Shown here piece after piece: positions 16,435-25,834 of a DNA stretch of 62,616 nt; the first letter of the stretch is position 1; each line of letters opens with the position of its first letter. Position numbers and translations under genes: made by a program. A model generated the notes under the pieces. It searched no databases. It saw only the letters and a list, made by a program, of their open reading frames with translations, and was not told the origin of the DNA. The DNA is taken from the NCBI GenBank assembly GCA_027020915.1, contig JALUVF010000028.1, forward strand, positions 1-62,616. The letters are read 5' to 3'. The stretch comes from a bacterium (lineage in GTDB: Bacteria > Thermosulfidibacterota > Thermosulfidibacteria > Thermosulfidibacterales > B14-G1).

Positions 16435-17702
16435 CCCCTCAGGAGCTTGATGGCGCAGAACTCGCCGCACATGGTGCAGACCTCCTCCTCCCTGGGAGGA
16501 CGGGTCTCCCTCATGGCCCTGGCCCTGGCAGGATCTATGGCCAGCCTTATCTGGCGGTCCCAGTCCAGGTCCCATCGGGCCTTGGCCATCTCCAGGTCCC
16601 ACTCCCGGGCTCCGGGCACGCCCTTCACCAAATCGGCGGCGTGGCCGGCTATGCGGGCAGCGATGACACCCTCCCTCACGTCGTCCACTGTGGGCAGGCG
16701 GAGATGCTCCGAGGGGGTTACATAACAGATGAAATCGGCCCCGTTGGAAGCGGCTATGGCCCCTCCTATGGCCGCCACTATGTGGTCATAACCGGGGGCC
16801 ACGTCCGTCACCAGGGGACCCAGGACATAGAAGGGCGCCCCATGGCACAGGCGTTTCTGGAGGACCATGTTGGCTGCCACCTGATCCAGAGGCACGTGAC
16901 CAGGGCCCTCCACCATGACCTGCACACCGGCATCCCAGGCCCTCTGGACCAGCTCTCCAATAACAATGAGCTCCTGGATCTGGCCCCTGTCCGTGGCATC
17001 CGCCAGACATCCCGGCCTGAAACCGTCCCCCAGACTCAGGGTGAGATCGTACTCCCTGGCCAGCTCCAAAAGACGGTCGTAGTACTCGTAGAGAGGATTC
17101 TCCCTGTTGTTGTACTGCATCCAGGCAATGAGAAAAGCGCCACCCCGGCTCACCACTCCTAGAATCCGGCCCTCCTTCTCCATGCGGGCCACCGTCTCCC
17201 TGGTGACACCGCAGTGGACGGTGACGAAGTCCACCCCGTCCTCGGCGTGCTTCCTGATGGCCTCGAAGATCTCATCCACGGACATCTCCACCACAGGCTG
17301 CTCCCTGCGCCGGGATTCGATGGCCGCCTGATAGATAGGCACAGTACCCACGGGGACGGGGCTCTCTTCCACGATGCGCTTCCTGATAACATCCAGGTCT
17401 CCCCCCGTGGACAGATCCATGACGGCATCGGCTCCCGCCTCCAGGGCGGCATGGAGCTTTGCCAGCTCCTCCTCCAGGTCTACCAGGTCGGAAGAAGTGC
17501 CTATGTTGGCATTCACCTTGGTCCTCAGACCATGGCCTATGCCCGTGGCCTTACAGTGGGTATGTTTAACGTTCTTGGTGATGACGATTCGGCCCTGAGC
17601 CACCCTCTCCCTGATCTCTTCAGGAGAGTACCCTTCAGCCCGAGCCACATCTTCCATCTCAGGCGTTATGATACCCTTTCTTGCCGCTTCCAGCTGGGTC
17701 AT
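16431..17702 (-). CDS. thiC: phosphomethylpyrimidine synthase ThiC
   Basis: The 423-aa product begins TQLEAARKGIITPEM and contains VNANIGTS, DLSTGG, TVPIYQA and the C-terminal CTMCGEFCA Fe-S motif. This is a short-form ThiC. Confidence 0.95.
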   Translation of the reverse strand: MTQLEAARKGIITPEMEDVARAEGYSPEEIRERVAQGRIVITKNVKHTHCKATGIGHGLRTKVNANIGTSSDLVDLEEELAKLHAALEAGADAVMDLSTGGDLDVIRKRIVEESPVPVGTVPIYQAAIESRRREQPVVEMSVDEIFEAIRKHAEDGVDFVTVHCGVTRETVARMEKEGRILGVVSRGGAFLIAWMQYNNRENPLYEYYDRLLELAREYDLTLSLGDGFRPGCLADATDRGQIQELIVIGELVQRAWDAGVQVMVEGPGHVPLDQVAANMVLQKRLCHGAPFYVLGPLVTDVAPGYDHIVAAIGGAIAASNGADFICYVTPSEHLRLPTVDDVREGVIAARIAGHAADLVKGVPGAREWDLEMAKARWDLDWDRQIRLAIDPARARAMRETRPPREEEVCTMCGEFCAIKLLRG

Positions 17703-18319
17703 GACTCTTCTATCTCCTCTATTCTTTCTCTTATCTCCCGGGCCACTGTCCGGGGATCACCCTTCCACAGGGCAGACATAACAGCCACCCCATGGGCACC
17801 CCTCTTCACCGTTTCCCCCGCCTCCTGGGGACCTATCCCACCCAGGGCCAGAACCGGAATCTTCACTCTGGAGACCACTTCTGCCAGGTAGTCCAATCCC
17901 AGGGGGCGGGCCAGGGGCTTGCTCCTGGTGGGGAATATAGGCGAAAGGGTAACATAATCAACTCCCTGGTCCTGAGCTTCCCTGGCCTCTTCCAGGGAGT
18001 GGGCCGAAAAGCCTATCACCCTCTCTCCCCCCAGCAGAGATCTGGCCACGGAAGGCGGAAGGGAATGGCTTCCCAGATGGACCCCCTGAGCCCCCACAGC
18101 CAGAGCAATGTCCACCCTGCGGGAGATGAGAAGAGGCACCCCTTTGGGCTCCAGCACCTTCTTGAACTGGAGGGCCACGGTGTAAAAGAGATGGTCCTCC
18201 AGGCCCAGTTCCCTCAGAAGAACCGCCTCCACTCCTCCTTCAACGGCCTCCATGACGGCCTGGATCAAGGGCCGGCTTTTACACAGAAACCGGTTGGTTA
18301 TGGCCAGAAAACGAAACAC
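17699..18319 (-). CDS. thiE: thiamine-phosphate synthase family protein (ThiE/TenI fold)
   Basis: The 206-aa product contains GVEAVLLRE, VDIALAVGAQGVHLG, GFSAHSLEEAREAQDQGVDYVTLSPIFPTRSKP and IPVLALGGI. It overlaps thiC by 4 nt. I cannot separate ThiE from TenI by eye. Confidence 0.8.
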   Translation of the reverse strand: MFRFLAITNRFLCKSRPLIQAVMEAVEGGVEAVLLRELGLEDHLFYTVALQFKKVLEPKGVPLLISRRVDIALAVGAQGVHLGSHSLPPSVARSLLGGERVIGFSAHSLEEAREAQDQGVDYVTLSPIFPTRSKPLARPLGLDYLAEVVSRVKIPVLALGGIGPQEAGETVKRGAHGVAVMSALWKGDPRTVAREIRERIEEIEES

Positions 18320-18320
18320 C

Positions 18321-19112
18321 CTAACCCTTGAGCCTGTCCAGAATCATCCTAGCGGCCTTCTCTCCCGACAGGAGCATGCCGCCGAAGACGGGACCCATGC
18401 GGTGGGTGCCGTAACAGGCCGTGGCAGCCATGCCAATAACGAAGAGGCCGGGATAGACCTCCCCTGTACACTGGGGCACCGACTTCTCACCGAAGTCGGC
18501 CCACATGGACCTTTCACCCACCACCTTTCCCGTGGGCGTATTGAGCTCCTTCCCCAGCTTCTCCTGGACCACCTTGGCCACCTCTGCATCGTGGCCCGTA
18601 CCATCCACCACGTACCTGGCCCCTATAGTGACGGGATCCACGTGGAGGCCCCCCAGTTCCACGGGGGTCCAGCTCAAGACCAGGCCAGACACCCGCTCCT
18701 CCTCCCCGCTCACCTTCACGTCCACCACGGTGAAGAGATTGAAGATCTTCACTCCAGCCCTGACGGCCTTGAGGCCCAGGGCACAGGAAAGCTCCACGGC
18801 GTCCACCACATAGTACCCTTCCCCTCTCTCGTAGGGCCTGTAGGACACCTCCATGTCGTCCAGGATCCCCCTGGCCTCTTCCTGGACCACCACCTGGTTG
18901 AACATGGCGCCCCCACCCCAGATGCCCCCACCTATGGAGAGCTTCCTCTCGTAAACGGCCACCCTGGCTCCCCCCCGGGCCAGGTAGTAAGCACACACCA
19001 GCCCTGCAGGTCCGGCACCAACAATGGCCACATCAGAATCCAGAGAGCCCAGGAACTTGTCCATGTAGCTCTCCATGATGGCCCTGGTTATGACCAACTC
19101 GTCCAAAGGCAT
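18321..19112 (-). CDS. thi4: Thi4-family thiazole synthase (archaeal/eukaryotic type)
   Basis: The 263-aa product contains ITRAIMESYMDKFL...DVAIVGAGPAGLVCAYYLA...ERKLSIGGGIWGGGMF-like...VVDGTGHDAEVAK...PGLFVIGMAA...THRMGPVFGGMLLSGEKAA. This is the Thi4 signature rather than ThiG. Confidence 0.9.
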   Translation of the reverse strand: MPLDELVITRAIMESYMDKFLGSLDSDVAIVGAGPAGLVCAYYLARGGARVAVYERKLSIGGGIWGGGAMFNQVVVQEEARGILDDMEVSYRPYERGEGYYVVDAVELSCALGLKAVRAGVKIFNLFTVVDVKVSGEEERVSGLVLSWTPVELGGLHVDPVTIGARYVVDGTGHDAEVAKVVQEKLGKELNTPTGKVVGERSMWADFGEKSVPQCTGEVYPGLFVIGMAATACYGTHRMGPVFGGMLLSGEKAARMILDRLKG

Positions 19113-19161
19113 AACAACTCCCCTCCTCCATCAATTTTGGGCTGAGGCAAGAGATCCCCTA

Positions 19162-19191
19162 TATCTCAACCTTTACCTCAACCTCTGCCTG
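19162..19191 (-). repeat. copy of the 30-nt GAGGTT-rich motif, located in the thi4 leader
   Basis: The minus strand reads CAGGCAGAGGTTGAGGTAAAGGTTGAGATA, 25/30 identical to 304-333 by hand alignment. Confidence 0.7.
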
Positions 19192-19194
19192 TAT

Positions 19195-19881
19195 TTAATA
19201 GTTCCGGGGACCGAAGATGGCCGAACCTATCCGCACCATAGTGGATCCCTCCTGGATGGCCACCTCGAAGTCCCCCGACATACCCATGGACAGGTGCTCC
19301 ACAGGCACACCCCTGGCCTCCAACCTCTCCTTGATCTCCCTGAGCATCCGGAAGGAAGGTCTGGCCAGTTCCGGGTCCTCCACGTAGGGAGCAATGGTCA
19401 TGAGTCCCTTGAAGACCAGATGCCCAGCCTCCAGGATCCTATCCACCAGAGCGTCCACCCCCTGGGGTTCCACGCCGTGTTTGGTCTCCTCGGGAGAGGT
19501 CTTCACCTCCACCAGAACGGGGACAACTTTGCCCTCCCGGGCAGCCCTCTTCTCCAGCTCCTCCACCAGGGGCACCGAGTCCACCGACTGGATCATGTCG
19601 AAGAGTCTCACTGCATATTTGGCCTTGTTCCTCTGAAGGGTCCCTATGAGGTGCCACCGGGCGATCCTCCCCAGCTTCTCTATTTTGGACCGGGCCTCCT
19701 GCACCCGGTTCTCCCCCAGGTCCTCGACCCCGGCCTCTACGGCCTCCAGGATCCTTTCAGGAGCCACGGTTTTAGTGACGGCCACCAGGAGGATTTCCCG
19801 GGGGTCCCGGCCCACGGACTGCGCCGCCCGGGCCATCCTCTCTCTAACCCATTGCAGATTCTCCCTAATTCCCATCTCCAT
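19195..19881 (-). CDS. yggS: YggS family pyridoxal-phosphate homeostasis protein
   Basis: The 228-aa product contains LVAVTKT (PLP lysine), GENRVQE, WHLIGTLQRNKAKY, LSMGMSGDFEVAI and VRIGSAIFG. Confidence 0.9.
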   Translation of the reverse strand: MEMGIRENLQWVRERMARAAQSVGRDPREILLVAVTKTVAPERILEAVEAGVEDLGENRVQEARSKIEKLGRIARWHLIGTLQRNKAKYAVRLFDMIQSVDSVPLVEELEKRAAREGKVVPVLVEVKTSPEETKHGVEPQGVDALVDRILEAGHLVFKGLMTIAPYVEDPELARPSFRMLREIKERLEARGVPVEHLSMGMSGDFEVAIQEGSTMVRIGSAIFGPRNY

Positions 19882-19995
19882 ACTAGGTTATCCTTCAAAC
19901 CTCATAACTAATAAAAGAATGACTCCACCCTGGCAAGGAGGAAAAGGGCCAGAGAGAAGACCACACCATAAATGGCCATGGCATGGAGAGGAAAC

Positions 19996-22900
19996 CTACA
20001 CCAGGACCTCTCTCAGCCTCCTGAGGGCCACTGTCCAGGCTGCCAAGCCCCGGGCCCCCCTCTCTTCAATCCAGCCCCTCAGTTCCCCCAGGCGCTCCAC
20101 CACCCAGGGCTCCTTGGTGGCCAGGGAAGCCTCCAGCTCCTGGAGCCCCATTCCCTCTCGCCAAACCTGGGAGGCTTTCTTGGTGAGCTCCCGCTTCACA
20201 TGCCAAACGTCCTTCTCCAGATAGGTATAGGCCAGGACCTCCCAGTGGTCCTTTTTGGCCTCCTCCCTTATGGCCCGGAAGATGCCGTCCAGCTTGAAAA
20301 GATGGACAACGTGGTAGTAGACGGGAGCCAGTTCCCCGGCATCCTTACCCAGATACTCGGCCAGGGTGAACAGGGACATGGCATCGGAGAGATAGGGCAG
20401 ACTGGCCCTGATCCTGGCCAAGTCCCGGGGAAAGCCCTCCTCTGTCAATTCATTGCATCTCTCCTCCAGATCCGAGGCCATCCCAGGGGGCAGGATCCGG
20501 GGAAGCCCTTCCACCAGGGAGTCCATGAGGGACCTGTATTTCTCTATCACCCCCTTGATGGGCAGCCAGTCTCCCGAGAAGAAGAGGCTCCATCTCACCA
20601 GCACCTCCACCGTCTCCTCCATGTCCAGAAGGGCCTCGTACTGGCTCTGGGCCGGCAATGAGAAGTCCAGGGCATAAACGGCATGACGGTACTGGGGGGC
20701 TTTGAGCACCCCCTCCATCATCATGTAAGAGGCGGCCACCTCTCCCGGATTGGCCTCCAGCTCGCTCATCATCCGGGCGAAGAAGGAGATGCCCGCCTGG
20801 TTCACTATGGTGTTGGTGATGATGGTGAGAATGATCTCGTCCCTCAAGAGGTGACCGACGATCTCTTCCCGGAACCTATCCCTGAGGTGGGGCGGGAAAT
20901 AGCGTTCCAGGTACTCGTTCAGATAACTGGCCTTAATAAAAGGGCACCCCCTGAGTTGCTCCTTCACCCACAGCTTCTCATGGCCCAAAAGCAGGGCAAG
21001 CTCCGGCCTCACAAGCCCCTTCCCCGTCTTTAACCTGGCCTCCAGATCCTGGGGAGATGGGAGATACACGTCCCGCCGGTCCAGGAATCCACCGTCCACC
21101 AGCTTCTCTATCACCCATTGGAAGGGCTCCAGATTCCTCCTGCTCCTCACGACATCCAGACTGATGGCCAGGCTCTGGCGGTAGTTGTCGTAGAGGACGG
21201 CGTCCACCACCTGGGGAGCCACCTCCTCCAGGAGCCCGGTCCTCTCCTCCAGGGTGATCTCCCCCTTCTTCACGGGCCCCTGGAGGAGAATCTTGATGTT
21301 CACCTCGTGGTCAGAGAGATCCACACCCCCTGAGTTGTCCAGGGCATCGGTGTTTATTCTCCCCCCCCTCATGGCGTATTCCACCCTGGCCTTCTGGGTG
21401 AAGCCCAGATTGCCTCCCTCACCCACCACCTTCACCCTCAGGTCCCTGGCATCCACCCTCACAGCGTCGTTGGCGGGATCTCCCACCTCCTGATGGGTCT
21501 CGAAGGAGGCCTTCACATAGGTCCCTATCCCCCCGTTCCACAGGAGATCCACCGGGGCTTTCAACAAGAGCTGGATGAGCTCAGGGCCACTCACCTCCTC
21601 CCTATCAACCCCCAGCAACTCCCTCACCTGGGGTGAAAGGGATATGGCCTTCGCATCCCTGGGATACACCCCTCCCCCTTCACTGATGAGCTCCCTGTTG
21701 TAGCCGTCCCATCCCTTCACCTCCTCGAAGAGGCGCTTCCGCTCCTGCCATGAAACCTCTGGATCGGGGTCGGGGTCCAGAAAGATATGGACATGGTTGA
21801 AAGCCCCCACCAGCTTGATGGTCCTGGAGAGGAGCATGCCGTTACCGAAGACGTCGCCTCCCATATCCCCGATGCCCACCACGGTGACAACGTCCTTCTC
21901 GGGATCCACGCCCATCTCCATGAAGTGGCGCCTCACGCAGACCCAGGCCCCCTTGGCCGTGATACCTAGGGCCTTGTGGCTGTAACCCGTGGACCCCCCC
22001 GAGGCAAAGGCATCGTCCAGCCAGAAACCGTACTCTCTGGCCAGCCCATTGGCCACATCGGAGAGGTGGGCCGTCCCCTTGTCGGCGGCCACCACCAGAT
22101 AGGGATCGTTCTCGTCGTAACGCACCACCCGGGGAGGGGGCACCACCTTGCCATCCACCACGTTATCCGTCACATCCAGCATACCCCGGATAAGGATCTC
22201 GTACTTTCCCCTGGCCCGTTGGGCCGCCTCCACCCGATCCCCGGACACCTCCTTCACTACGAATCCCCCCTTGGCTCCCACGGGAATGATGAGGGCGTTC
22301 TTCACCATCTGGGTCCGCATGAGGTCCAGGATCTCCCGACGGAAGTCGTCCACCCTGTCAGACCACCGGATACCTCCCCGGGCCACCCTGCCTCCCCGGA
22401 GATGGATCCCCTCCATTCCCTTCTCGTGGACGTAGATCTCAAACATGGGTCGGGGAGAGGGCATCTCCTTCACCCTGGCACTCTCTATCTTGATGGAAAT
22501 GTAGTGGGAGACCCGATCCTTCCTGTAGAAGTTGGTCCTCACCGTGGCTTCCACCAGGTTGAAGAGGGCCCTGAGAACCGAGTCTTCGTTGATGTGTTCC
22601 ACCCTGGTCATTGCCTTCTCGAATCTCTCCCTGAGCATGGCCAGGGTCCCTTCCCTCTCCCGGGCTTCACCCCCCTTGTCGGGATGAAACTTGGCGTCGA
22701 AATAGTTCCATATCACCCGGGCCACCCGGGGATAGAGAAGGAGGGCCTTGGAGACGGAGGCGGGGGAGAAGCGCGGGGCCACCTGCCGTAGATAGTTGCG
22801 ATAAGCCCGAAAGAGATCCACCACCCTCCAATCCAGCCCCTCCTTCACCACCAGCCTGTTGAGAGCGTCGCTCTCCGCCTGCCCCGACATAACAGCCTTC

Positions 22901-24696
22901 AGGGCCTCAGCCAGGTCGTACCACACCTCTTCGAATATGGGGCCGTCCTGGGAAGTAACCACCCGGAAGGAATGGATGAAGTAAGCCTCCTTCCCCCTCT
23001 CCAGGTGAATGGAAACCTCGTCCAGCACCTCCAGATCCATGTTCTCCAGCACAGGGACCGTGGCACTCAGGGTGAGCTCCTCTAGGGCGAAAAACTTGAT
23101 GCGGGTGTACTCTTCCTCCTGGTGGAAGCTCACCTGGATCTCCCCCGTCTCCCTCAGCTGCTCCAGGTACAGAAGATCCACCACTGCCTCTTCGGGAGGG
23201 GTGATGGCCTTGTACTCCTGAGGAAAGATGCCCCCGTACCTGTGGTACAAGGCAGCAGCATCTTCGGGAGGATAACTGGCACCGAGGAAATCTTTGAAGC
23301 GATCCTCCCAGGACAGGGAGAGGCGGCCAACCTCCTCTTCCAATGTCCCCTCGTCCAGGGTCCTCAACCCTTCGCCGTAAAGGAAGAACCAGAGAAAAAC
23401 CAGGCTGTCCTCATAAATATACAGGCGGGTCTCGATATAGACCCCGGGCACCAGCCGCTCCAGCATCTCTTCTATCTCCTCCTCCAGCCGGGCGGAATAC
23501 CTCTCCTGGCTGAAGACCACCATCAGGGCCAGGTACTCTTCCCGGAGGCGCTGAAGAACCTTCACTCCCTCCTCACCTCCCATGTAGAGAACGGCGGATA
23601 CGAGCTCCTCAATCTCCCTCTCCGAGCTGAGGAGGAGTTCTTCTATGGGGAAGAGGTCGTAGAGCATCACCACCCGCTTGTAGTCGTAAGACCCCACCAC
23701 CACCCTCATGGACTGGAGGACCCGATGGAGCTTGACCCTGAGAATAGGCACCTCCTCGGCCTTCTCCGTCAAAGCCCTTTTACTGAAAAGGCCGAAGAAG
23801 AGGTGCCACCCCCTGGGATCACCGTTTTCAGAGAAAGAGCGCACGGCCACCACGTCCAGCTTGCTTCTCCTGTAAATCCGGGCCGTCTCCCTGTCCTTGG
23901 TGTATCTGAAGACCCCCGCCTCATCGGACAGCCTCTCTCTGAGAACCTCCATGGAGAAGAGACCAGGCACATCCCTGTGTTGGGGCCTACAGATTCCCAG
24001 CCCCCCCTCTTCACTACCTCCATCCTCCAGATACAGTGTCCCCAGAAAGACGAAGTGCTTGTCATAGAGCCAGTCCAGGAATGCCCCCGCCTCCTCCAGA
24101 TCCCCGTGGGGGTCGCCCTTCAGCTCCCGGTAAAAGTCCAGGTCGTTTATGGCATCCCTGAGGCGCCTCTTCATCTTCACAAAGTCCCCCACCACATCCC
24201 TGACCACCCGGAGGATGGTGAGGAGATTCCTCTTCACCCCTTCCTCCGCTCCAGGATCCAGGCGGGTCTCAAAGAGAATGAGAGACTCCTTGGGTCCATC
24301 CTCCCAGGAAGGACCCAGCCTCACCAACTCCCCCCTCTCATCACGCTCCACGGTGAGGATGGGATGGACATAGAGGTCGTAAGGCACGTCCATCTCTTCC
24401 ATCTGAAGCTTCAGGGTATCCAGAAGGAAGGGCTGATCATCGGTATTGATAAAGATCAACGTGGAACCATCCCCCCTGACCATCTCCACTTTGATCTCCC
24501 CCCTCTCCCTCCTCCCCAGGACCCGGTAGGCCTCAAGGACCCGGTCCACCAACTCCTCCTCCGTGTACCTGGAAAGCATGGCCTCGGGATAGGCCTGGAG
24601 GAACAGGGCGGCCAGTTTCCTCACCAGCTCCCCCCTCTCCTCCCCCGCCTTGGCCGCTGCCTGGGAAGCCACCGACTCCAAAAAGACCTTCAGCAT
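19996..24696 (-). CDS. gdhB: NAD-specific glutamate dehydrogenase, large (about 180 kDa) form
   Basis: The core motifs RGGIRWSDRVDDFRREILDLMRTQMVKNALIIPVGAKGGFV and VVAADKGTA...GGSTGYSHKALGITAKGAW match the Bac_GDH family. The ORF opens at 24792. ATG 24696 (MLKVFLESVASQ...) is preceded by GGGGAGGAAGGG and is the likelier start. Confidence 0.9.
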   Translation of the reverse strand: MLKVFLESVASQAAAKAGEERGELVRKLAALFLQAYPEAMLSRYTEEELVDRVLEAYRVLGRRERGEIKVEMVRGDGSTLIFINTDDQPFLLDTLKLQMEEMDVPYDLYVHPILTVERDERGELVRLGPSWEDGPKESLILFETRLDPGAEEGVKRNLLTILRVVRDVVGDFVKMKRRLRDAINDLDFYRELKGDPHGDLEEAGAFLDWLYDKHFVFLGTLYLEDGGSEEGGLGICRPQHRDVPGLFSMEVLRERLSDEAGVFRYTKDRETARIYRRSKLDVVAVRSFSENGDPRGWHLFFGLFSKRALTEKAEEVPILRVKLHRVLQSMRVVVGSYDYKRVVMLYDLFPIEELLLSSEREIEELVSAVLYMGGEEGVKVLQRLREEYLALMVVFSQERYSARLEEEIEEMLERLVPGVYIETRLYIYEDSLVFLWFFLYGEGLRTLDEGTLEEEVGRLSLSWEDRFKDFLGASYPPEDAAALYHRYGGIFPQEYKAITPPEEAVVDLLYLEQLRETGEIQVSFHQEEEYTRIKFFALEELTLSATVPVLENMDLEVLDEVSIHLERGKEAYFIHSFRVVTSQDGPIFEEVWYDLAEALKAVMSGQAESDALNRLVVKEGLDWRVVDLFRAYRNYLRQVAPRFSPASVSKALLLYPRVARVIWNYFDAKFHPDKGGEAREREGTLAMLRERFEKAMTRVEHINEDSVLRALFNLVEATVRTNFYRKDRVSHYISIKIESARVKEMPSPRPMFEIYVHEKGMEGIHLRGGRVARGGIRWSDRVDDFRREILDLMRTQMVKNALIIPVGAKGGFVVKEVSGDRVEAAQRARGKYEILIRGMLDVTDNVVDGKVVPPPRVVRYDENDPYLVVAADKGTAHLSDVANGLAREYGFWLDDAFASGGSTGYSHKALGITAKGAWVCVRRHFMEMGVDPEKDVVTVVGIGDMGGDVFGNGMLLSRTIKLVGAFNHVHIFLDPDPDPEVSWQERKRLFEEVKGWDGYNRELISEGGGVYPRDAKAISLSPQVRELLGVDREEVSGPELIQLLLKAPVDLLWNGGIGTYVKASFETHQEVGDPANDAVRVDARDLRVKVVGEGGNLGFTQKARVEYAMRGGRINTDALDNSGGVDLSDHEVNIKILLQGPVKKGEITLEERTGLLEEVAPQVVDAVLYDNYRQSLAISLDVVRSRRNLEPFQWVIEKLVDGGFLDRRDVYLPSPQDLEARLKTGKGLVRPELALLLGHEKLWVKEQLRGCPFIKASYLNEYLERYFPPHLRDRFREEIVGHLLRDEIILTIITNTIVNQAGISFFARMMSELEANPGEVAASYMMMEGVLKAPQYRHAVYALDFSLPAQSQYEALLDMEETVEVLVRWSLFFSGDWLPIKGVIEKYRSLMDSLVEGLPRILPPGMASDLEERCNELTEEGFPRDLARIRASLPYLSDAMSLFTLAEYLGKDAGELAPVYYHVVHLFKLDGIFRAIREEAKKDHWEVLAYTYLEKDVWHVKRELTKKASQVWREGMGLQELEASLATKEPWVVERLGELRGWIEERGARGLAAWTVALRRLREVLV

Positions 24697-24785
24697 GTAC
24701 CCTTCCTCCCCTCGCCTCAACAGTGAATTTAGGGGGAGAGTTAAAAAAAATCCTTCCCATGTCAAGGAAAAGCCTTTTTCACCCC

Positions 24786-24814
24786 TTGACATTACCCCCC
24801 GAGGTGTTTAATTA
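24786..24814 (+). promoter_or_regulatory. sigma70-like promoter of the XRE-cupin regulator / polyamine genes (TTGACA-N17-TAATTA)
   Basis: TTGACA is at 24786-24791, the spacer is 17 nt and TAATTA is at 24809-24814. The -10 element sits inside the perfect palindrome GTTTAATTAAAC (24806-24817). Confidence 0.4.
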
Positions 24815-24869
24815 AACTCCGCTTTGCCGAACTACTAAACCTAAAGTTTAATAAAGAACGGATTGTTTA

Positions 24870-25412
24870 ATGGCCAACAAAATGGAAATAGGCAGGAAAC
24901 TGAGGAGACTGAGGAAATCCAGGTCCCTCACCCTGGAAGAGGTGGCCCAGAGGGCCAATCTCACCAAGGGGTTCCTGTCCCAGATCGAAAGGGACAAGAC
25001 ATCCCCATCGGTGGCGGCCCTCAAACAGATCCTGGACGTTCTGGGCGAGGATCTATCCACCTTCTTCCAGGATGCCGGGGAACCCGAGAAGAACGTCTTC
25101 AGGGTGGAGGAAAGGGTCCCCCTGGACGAAGAGATTCCCGGGGTCCTCATGGAATCCCTGGCCCCGGACATCCAGTACCGGGAGATGGACCCCATTCTCA
25201 TCACCCTGGAGAAGGGGGCGAAGATCACCGATGACGACCTGGATGAGGAAGAGACCTTCGGGTTCATCCTGGACGGGGAGGCCTGGATCACCATAGAGGG
25301 GGAGACCTACAGGCTCAAAAAGGGCGACACCTTCTACCTCTTTCCCGAGACCGAGTTCACCATTGAGAACAAGGGCAAAGACCAGGCCCGGATCGTTGTA
25401 GTGGCCTATTGA
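24870..25412 (+). CDS. XRE-family HTH plus cupin domain transcriptional regulator (PuuR-like architecture)
   Basis: The 180-aa product has an HTH_3 domain ([49 protein letters not shown]) and a C-terminal cupin domain ([28 protein letters not shown]). Confidence 0.85.
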   Translation: MANKMEIGRKLRRLRKSRSLTLEEVAQRANLTKGFLSQIERDKTSPSVAALKQILDVLGEDLSTFFQDAGEPEKNVFRVEERVPLDEEIPGVLMESLAPDIQYREMDPILITLEKGAKITDDDLDEEETFGFILDGEAWITIEGETYRLKKGDTFYLFPETEFTIENKGKDQARIVVVAY

Positions 25413-25437
25413 CATAAAGGGAAGAAAGGAGGGGAGG

Positions 25438-25818
25438 ATGAAGGCACTGGGTCGTCACGTTCTGGTGGAGTTTTACGGCTGCGATCCCGAGGCTCTCAAC
25501 AACAAGGAGAGGCTGGAGAAGGTCATGAGGGAAGCAGCCGTAGAGAGCGGGGCCACAGTGGTGAGCAGCGTCTTTCACCTCTTCAACCCCCACGGCGTGA
25601 GCGGTGTGGTGGTCATTGCCGAATCCCATCTCACCATCCACACCTGGCCAGAATACGGTTACGCCGCTGTGGATCTCTTCACCTGCGGCGACTCGGTGGA
25701 CCCATGGATCGCCTTCGAACGGATGAAAGAGTACCTCCAGGCGGAACAGATGTTCACCATGGAAGTGAAGAGGGGACAGCTCCATTCCGTGGAATCTCTC
25801 CAGTACAAACCCTTCTAA
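25438..25818 (+). CDS. speH: S-adenosylmethionine decarboxylase proenzyme (class 1B, pyruvoyl)
   Basis: The 126-aa product contains [44 protein letters not shown] (self-cleavage site ES|H), and has a GGAGGGGAGG RBS. Confidence 0.9.
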   Translation: MKALGRHVLVEFYGCDPEALNNKERLEKVMREAAVESGATVVSSVFHLFNPHGVSGVVVIAESHLTIHTWPEYGYAAVDLFTCGDSVDPWIAFERMKEYLQAEQMFTMEVKRGQLHSVESLQYKPF

Positions 25819-25834
25819 AGAGGAGGGACGGGCT

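Noticed and set aside
23122-24726. A 534-aa plus-strand ORF antisense to the large glutamate dehydrogenase gene, along with other antisense ORFs between 20000 and 24800
   Set aside because: The minus strand encodes one continuous 1566-1598-aa protein with Bac_GDH motifs. The antisense ORFs have Pro/His/Gly/Leu-biased composition.
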